Of a stretch of DNA of 64,000 bases, positions 56,801-64,000 are shown one piece after another. Within the stretch, counting starts at the first letter, position 1. Each line of letters opens with the position of its first letter. The stretch is from the human T2T-CHM13v2.0 reference genome, Homo sapiens: assembly GCF_009914755.1 (NCBI RefSeq), contig NC_060933.1; one strand, 5' to 3'. Below the pieces are notes generated by a model, which had not been told where the DNA came from, made no database searches, and worked only from the letters and a program-made list of their open reading frames with translations. Position numbers and translations under genes: made by a program.

Positions 56801-59053
56801 GAATAAACCCGAGTGCAATGGAATGGAGTGGAATGGAATGGAATGGAATGGAACAACCCGAATGGAACGGAATGGAATGGAGAGTAAGGGAGTTGAATAG
56901 AATCAATCCGAATGTAATGGAATGGAATGGAAGGGAATGGAATGGAATGGAATGCAATGGAATGGAATGGAATGCAATGGAATGGAATCAACCCGAGTGC
57001 AATCGAATGGAATCGAATGGAATGGAATGCAATGGAATGGATTCAACTTGAATGGAATGGAAAGAATGGAATCAACACGAGTGGAATGGCATGGATTGGA
57101 ATAGAATGGAATAGAATCAATCCGAGTACAGGGGAATGGAATGGAATGGAAAGCAATGGAATGGAATCATCCGTAATGGAATGGAAAGGAATGGAATGGA
57201 ATGGAATGGAATGGAATGGAATGGAATGGAATCAACTCGATTGCAATCGAATGGAATGGAATGGAATTAACCCGAATAGAATGGCATGGAATGGAATGGA
57301 ACGGAACGGAATGGAATGGAATGGAATGGAATGGAACGGAACGGAATGGAACGGAATGGAATGGAATGGAATGGAATGGAATGGAATGGAATCAACGCGA
57401 TTGCAGGGGAATGGAATGGAATGGAATGCAATGGAATGGAATCTTCCGGAATGGAATGGAATGGAATAGAATGGAATGAAATGCAATGGATTCAACTCGA
57501 TAGCAATGGAATGGAATAGAATGGAATGGAATGGAATGGAATGGAATGGAATGGAATTAACCCGAATAGAATGGAACGGAATGGAATGGAACGGAATGGA
57601 ACGGAATGGAATGGAATGGAATGCAATGGAATGGTATGGAATGGAATGGAATGGTACGGAATAGAATGGAATGGAACGAATTGTAATGGAATGGAATTGA
57701 ATGGAATGGAATGGAATGGAATGGAATGGAATGGAATGGAATGGAATCGTTCCGAGTGGAATAGGAGGGAATGTATTCGAGTGGAATGGAAAGGAATGGA
57801 ATCAACCAGAGTGGAATGGAAAGGAATGGAATGGAATGGAAACTAAGAGAATGGAATCAACCCGGGTGGAATGGAATGGAAAGGACTGGAATGGAAAGGA
57901 ATGGAATGGAATGGAATGGAATGGAATGGAATGGAATGGAATGGAATCAACGCGAGTGCAGGGGAATGGAATAGAATCGAATGGAATGGAATGGAATGGA
58001 ATGGAATCAACCCGAGTACAATGGAATGGAATGGAATGGAATGGAATGGAATGGAATGCAATGGAATGGAATCTTCCGGAATTGAATGGAATGGAATGGA
58101 ATGGAATGCAATGGATTCAACTCGATTGCAATGGAATGGAATAGAATGGAATGGAATGGAATTAAACCGAATAGAATGGAATGGAATGGAATGGAACGGA
58201 ACGGAACGGAATGGAACGGAGTGGAATGGAATGGAATGGAATTGTATGGAATGCAATGGAATGGTACGGAATAGAATGGAATGCAAAGAATTGGAATGGA
58301 ATGGAATTGAATGGAATGGAATGGAATCAACCAGAGTGCAGGGGAATGTAATGGAACGGAATGCAATGGAATGGAATCATCCGGAATGGAATGGAATGCA
58401 ACGGAATGAAATGGAATGGAATGGAATGGAATGGAATGCAATGGAATGGAATCAACCCGAGTACCATGGAATGGAATGGAATGGAATGGAATGGAATGGA
58501 ATGGAATGGAATGGAATGGAATGGAATGCCTTCAAACCGAATGGAATGGAAAGGAATGGAATCAACACGAATGGAATGGAATGGAATAGAATGGAATGGA
58601 ATGGAATGGAATGATACGGAATAGAATGGAATGGAACGAAATGGAATGGAATGGAATGGAATGGAATGGAATGGAATGGAATGGAATGGAATCGTTCCGA
58701 GTGGAATAGGAGGGAATGTATTCGAGTGGAATGGAAAGGAATGGAATCAACAAGAGTGGAATGGCAGGGAATGGAATGGAATGGAAACTAATAGAATGGA
58801 ATCAACCCGAGTGGAATGGAATGGAAAGGACTGGAATGGAATTGAATGGAATGGAATCAACTCGATTGTAATGGAATGGAATGGAATGGAATGGAATGGA
58901 ATGGAATTAACCCGAATACAATGGAATGCAATGGAATGGAACGGAATGGAGTGGCATGGAATGGAATCAAACCGAGTGCAGGGGAACGGAATGGAATGGA
59001 ATGCAATGGAATGGAATCATCCGGAATGGAATGGAATGGAATGGAATGGAATC
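53801..59053 (+). repeat. ~5.25-kb tandem duplication, copy A'
   Basis: Shares rare markers with A: GTACAGCGG, GGTAAGAAT, GGAAGCAACC, TTATCCCG, GGATCGG, ACTAAGAGA, GTACCATGG. Confidence 0.9.
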
Positions 59054-59319
59054 AACCCGAGTGCAATCGAATGGAGTGGAATAGAATGGAATGAACCCGA
59101 GTGCAGGGGAATGGAATGGAATGAAATGCAATGGAATGGAATCATCCGTAATGGAATGGAAAGGAATGGAATGGAATGGAATGGAATGGAATGGAATCAA
59201 CACGATTGCAATCGAATGGAATGGAATGGAATTAACCCGAATAGAATGGAATGGAATGGAATGGAACGGAACGGATTGGAATAGAATGGAATTGAACGGA
59301 ACGGAGTGGAATGGAATGG

Positions 59320-62300
59320 AATGGAATGGAATCAACCCGAGTACAATGGAATGGAATGGAATGGAATGGAACGGAATGGAATGGAATGGAATGCAATGGA
59401 ATGGAATCTTCCAGAACGGAATGGAATGGAATGGAATGGAATGGAATGGAATGCAATGGATTCAACTCGATTGCAATGGAATGGAATAGAATGGAATGGA
59501 ATGGAATGGAATGGAATTAAACCGAATAGAATGGAATGGAATGGAATGGAACGGAACGGAACGGAACGGAACGGAACGGAGTGGAATGGAATGTAATGGA
59601 ATTGTATGGAATGGAATGGAATGGTACGGAATAGAATGGAATGGAAAGAATTGGAATGGAATGGAATCGAATGGAATGGAATGGAATGGAATGCAATCAA
59701 CCCGAGTGCAGGGGTATGTAATGGAACGGAAAGCAATGGAATGGAATCATCCGGAATGGAATGGAATGGAATGGAATGGAATGGAATGGAATGGAATGGA
59801 ATCAACCCGAGTGCAATGGAATGGAGTGGAATGGAATGGAATGGAATGGAACAACCCGAATGGAATGGAATGTAATGGAGAGTAAGGGAGTTGAATAGAA
59901 TCAATCCGAATGTAATGGAATGGAACGGAATGGAATGGAATGGAATGGAATGGAATGGAATGGAATGGAATGCAATGGAATGGAATCAACCCGAGTACAA
60001 TGGAACGGAATGTAATGTAATGTAATGTAATGTAATGGAATGGAATGGAATGGAAGGGAATCAACCCGAGTGCAATGGAATGGAGAGGAATGGAATCGAA
60101 TGGAATGGAAACTACCCAAATGGAATGGAATGTAATGGAGTGTAAGGGAATTGAATAGAATCAATCCGAAAGGAATGGAATGGAATGGAACGGAATGTAA
60201 TGGAATGGAATGGAATGGAATCAACCCGAGTGCAGAGGAATGGAATGGAATGGAATGCAATGGAATGGAATCATCCGGAATGGAATGGAATGGAATGCAA
60301 TGGAATGGAATGGAATGGAATCAACCCGAGTGTAATGGAATGGAGTGAAATGGAATGGAATGGAATGGAGACAACAAGAATGGATTGGAATATAATGGAG
60401 TGTAAGGGAATTGAATAGAATCAATCTGAATGTAATGAAATGGAATGGAACGGAATGGAATGGAATGGAATGGAATGGAATGGAATGGAATTTAATGGAA
60501 TGCAATGGAATGCAATCAACCCGAGTGCAATCGAATGGAATCGAATGGAATGGAATGCAATGGAATGGATTCAACTTGAATGGAATGGAAAGAATGGAAT
60601 CAACACGAGTGGAATGGCATGGATTGGAATGGAATGGAATGGAATCAATCCGAGTACAGGGGAATGGAATGGAATGGAATGCAATGGAATGGAATCATCC
60701 GTAATGGAATGGAAAGGAATGGAATGGAATGGAATAGAATGGAGTCAACTCGATTGCAATCGAATGGAATGGAATGGAATTAACCCGAATAGAATGGAAT
60801 GGAATGGAATGGAATGGAACGGAATGGAATGGAATGGAATGGAATGGAATGCAACGGAACGGAAAGGAAGGGAATGGAATGGAATAGAATGGAATGGAAT
60901 GGAATCAACCCGAGTACAGCGGAATGGAATGGAATGGAATGCAATGGAATGGAATCTTCCGGAATGGAATCGAATGGAATGGAATGGAATGGAATCAACC
61001 CGAGTGCAATGGAATGGAGTGGAATGGAATGGAATGGAATGGAACAACCCGAATGGAATGGAATGTAATGGAGAGTAAGGGAGTTGAATAGAATCAATCC
61101 GAATGTAATGGAATGGAATGGAACGGAATGGAATTGAATGGAATGGAATGGAATGCAATGGAATGGAATCAACCCGAGTGCAATGGAATGGAGAGGAATG
61201 GAATGGAATGGAATGGAAACTAACCGAATGGAATGGAATGTAATGGAGTGTAAGGGAATTGAATAGAATCAATCCGAATGTAATGGAATGGAATGGAACG
61301 GAATGGAATGGAATGGAATGGAATGGAATGGAATGCAATGGAATGGATTCAACTTGAATGGAATGGAAAGAATGGAATCAACACGAGTGGAATGGCATGG
61401 ATTGGAATGGAATCAACCCGAGTACAGGGGAATGGAATGGAATGGAATGCAATGGAATGGAATGGAATGCAATGGAATGGAATCATCCGTAATGGAATGG
61501 AAAGGAATGGAATGGAATGGAATGGAATCGAATGGAATGGAATGGAATCAACTCGATTGCAATCGAATGGAATGGAATGGAATTAACCCGAATAGAATGG
61601 AATGGAATGGAATGGAACAGAATGGAATGGAATGGAATGGAATGGAATGGAATGGAATGGAATGGAACGGAACGGAACGGAACGGAACGGAACGGAATGG
61701 AATGGAATGGAATGGAATGGAATCAACGCGAGTGCAGGGGAATGGAATGGAATGGAATGCAATGGAATGGAATCATCCGGAATGGAATGGAATGGAATGG
61801 AATGCAAAGCAATGGAATCAACTCGATTGCAATGGAATGGAATGGAATGGAAAGGAATACATTGGAATCAAACCGAGTGGAATGGAATGGAAAGGACTGG
61901 AATGGAGAGGAATGGAATGGAATGGAATGGAATGAAATCAACTCGATTGGAATGGAATGGAATGGAATGGAATGGAATGGAATTAACCCGAATAGAATGG
62001 AGTGGAATGGAATGGAACGGAAAGGAATGGAATGGAATGGAATGGAATGGAATGGAATGGAATGGAATCAACCCGACTGCAGGGGAATGGAATGGAATGG
62101 AATGCAATGGAATGGATTCAACTTGAATGGAATGGTAAGAATGGAATCAACACGAGTGGAATGGCATGGATTGGAATGGAATGGAATGGAATCAACCCGA
62201 GTACAGCGGAATGGAATGGAATGGAATGCAATGGAATGGAAACATCCGTAATGGAATGGAAAGGAATGGAATGGAATGGAATGGAATGGAATGGAATGGA

Positions 62301-64000
62301 ATGGAATCAACTCGATTGCAATCGAATGGAATGGAATGGAATTAACCCGAATAGAATGGAATGGAATTGAATGGAATGGAATGGAACGGAATGGAATGGA
62401 TTGGAATGGAATGGAATGGAACGGAAAGGAATGGAATAGAATGGAATGGAATGGAATGGAATGGAATGGAATCAACGCGAGTGCAGGGGAATGGAATGGA
62501 ATGGAATGCAATGGAATGGAATCTTCCGGAATGGAATGGAATGGAATGGAATGGAATGGAATGGAATGGAATGGAATTAACCCGAATACAATGGAATGGA
62601 ATGGAATGGAACGGAATGGAGTTGAATGGAATGGAAGCAACCCGAGTGCAGGGGATTAGAATGGAATGGAATGCAATGGAATGGAATCATCCGGAATGGA
62701 ATGGAATGGAATGCAAAGCAATGGAATCAACTCGATTGCAATGGAATGGAATGGAATGGAAAGGAATACATTGGAATCAACCCGAGTGGAATGGAATGGA
62801 AAGGACTGGAATGGAGTGGAATGGAATGGAATGGAATGGAATGAAATCAACTCGATTGGAATGGAATGGAATGGAATGGAATGGAATGGAATGGAATGGA
62901 ATTATCCCGAATAGAATGGAGTGGAATGGAATGGAACGGAACGGAATGGAATGGAAAGGAATGGAATGGAATGGAATGGAATGGAATGGAATCAACCCGA
63001 CTGCAGGGGAATGGAATGGAATGGAATGCAATGGAATGGATTCAACTTGAATGGAATGGAAAGAATGGAATCAACACGAGTGGAATGGCATGGATTGGAA
63101 TGGAATGGAATGGAATCAACCCGAGTACAGGGGAATGGAATGGAATGGAATGCAATGGAATGGAATCATCCGTAATGGAATGGAAAGGAATGGAATGGAA
63201 TGGAATGGAATGGAATGGAATGCAATGGAATCAACTCGATTGCAATCGAATGGAATGGAATGGAATTAACCCGAATAGAATGGAATGGAATGGAATGGAA
63301 CAGAACGGAATGGAATGGATCGGAATGGAATGGAATGGAATGGAATGGAACGGAAAGGAATGCAATGGAATGCAATGGAATGGAATGGAATGGAATGGAA
63401 TGGAATCAACGCGAGTGCAGGGGAACGGAATGGAATGGAATGCAATGGAATGGAATCTTCCGGAATGGAATGGAATGGAATGGAATGGAATGGAATGGAA
63501 TGGAATGGAATAAACCCGAGTGCAATGGAATGGAGTGGAATGGAATGGAATGGAATGGAACAACCCGAATGGAACGGAATGGAATGGAGAGTAAGGGAGT
63601 TGAATAGAATCAATCCGAATGTAATGGAATGGAATGGAATGGAATGGAATGGAATGGAATGCAATGGAATGGAATGGAATGCAATGGAATGGAATCAACC
63701 CGAGTGCAATCGAATGGAATCGAATGGAATGGAATGCAATGGAATGGATTCAACTTGAATGGAATGGAAAGAATGGAATCAACACGAGTGGAATGGCATG
63801 GATTGGAATAGAATGGAATAGAATCAATCCGAGTACAGGGGAATGGAATGGAATGGAAAGCAATGGAATGGAATCATCCGTAATGGAATGGAAAGGAATG
63901 GAATGGAATGGAATGGAATGGAATGGAATGGAATGGAATCAACTCGATTGCAATCGAATGGAATGGAATGGAATTAACCCGAATAGAATGGCATGGAATG
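59320..64000 (+). repeat. 11,955-bp higher-order unit, copy 2 (first ~4.7 kb, truncated by window end); matches 47365-52045
   Basis: Same ORFs at +11,955 with no offset drift across about 4.7 kb. Confidence 0.9.

Larger units (their letters stand above)
47365..59319 (+). repeat. 11,955-bp higher-order unit, copy 1 (X + A + A' + linker)
   Basis: Identical ORF translations recur at a constant offset of 11,955: 47377/59332, 48196/60151, 49333/61288, 50406/62361, 51330/63285, 51674/63629. Rare markers are shared (CTTCCAGAAC, GCAGGGGTAT, GGAGACAACAAG). Confidence 0.88.
1..64000 (+). repeat. Satellite III (HSat3-type) pericentromeric satellite array, (GGAAT)n with CAACCCGAGT interruptions
   Basis: GGAAT pentamer from the first to the last line, with recurrent CAACCCGAGT / CAACTCGATT / TAACCCGAAT words matching the established Sat III consensus CAACCCGA(A/G)T(GGAAT)n. 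The purine-rich strand is + throughout and no CATTCC-oriented block was seen. Species, chromosome and subfamily cannot be assigned by eye. Confidence 0.97.

Noticed and set aside
45-63811. Hundreds of ORFs (MEWNG repeats on +, IPFHS repeats on -; longest 478 aa at 23940-25376)
   Set aside because: The pure pentamer has no stop codon in any frame and supplies an ATG every 5 bp on +. ORFs overlap in all six frames, end only at variant words and show no domain content.
1-64000. CRISPR-like appearance of conserved words separated by spacers
   Set aside because: The spacers are GGAAT runs rather than unique sequences, spacing is irregular, and there is no cas gene or leader.
1-64000. HSat2 or Y-chromosome DYZ1 assignment
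   Set aside because: The HSat2-type CATTCGATTC / GAATCATCAT-rich pattern is absent, and no regular ~3.5-kb period as in DYZ1 is visible. The exact HSat3 subfamily needs k-mer classification.
1-64000. Transposon insertions, poly(A) tails, inversions or unique-sequence islands
   Set aside because: None seen on a line-by-line scan. Every non-GGAAT stretch parses as pentamer variants on the same strand.

Overview
The whole 64 kb window is a single-orientation array of human/great-ape-type Satellite III (HSat3): (GGAAT)n on the + strand, punctuated by the classic CAACCCGA(G/A)T motif and about 15 derived variant words. I see no genes, RNA genes, transposon insertions, CRISPR arrays or inversions. 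All ORFs in the track are artefacts of the stop-free pentamer (MEWNG/IPFHS). The structure worth noting is internal. (i) A near-identical 11,955-bp higher-order period begins at about 47.37 kb and contains a nested tandem duplication of about 5.24 kb. (ii) The region 24.4-32.9 kb is a patchwork matching four upstream segments. (iii) A central domain (about 20.8-32.5 kb) uses a distinct variant vocabulary. (iv) About 48 in-register canonical heat-shock elements (nGAAnnTTCnnGAAn) are created by the variant pentamer nTTCC. (v) Pentamer-register slips all appear to be -1 and sit mainly in two motifs. I found no evidence for a novel protein-coding or RNA-guided system. The best candidates for new biology are the HSE/TEAD binding lattice and the nested higher-order repeat. 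Offsets come from the ORF track plus visual marker matching, so breakpoints are approximate (tens of bp).
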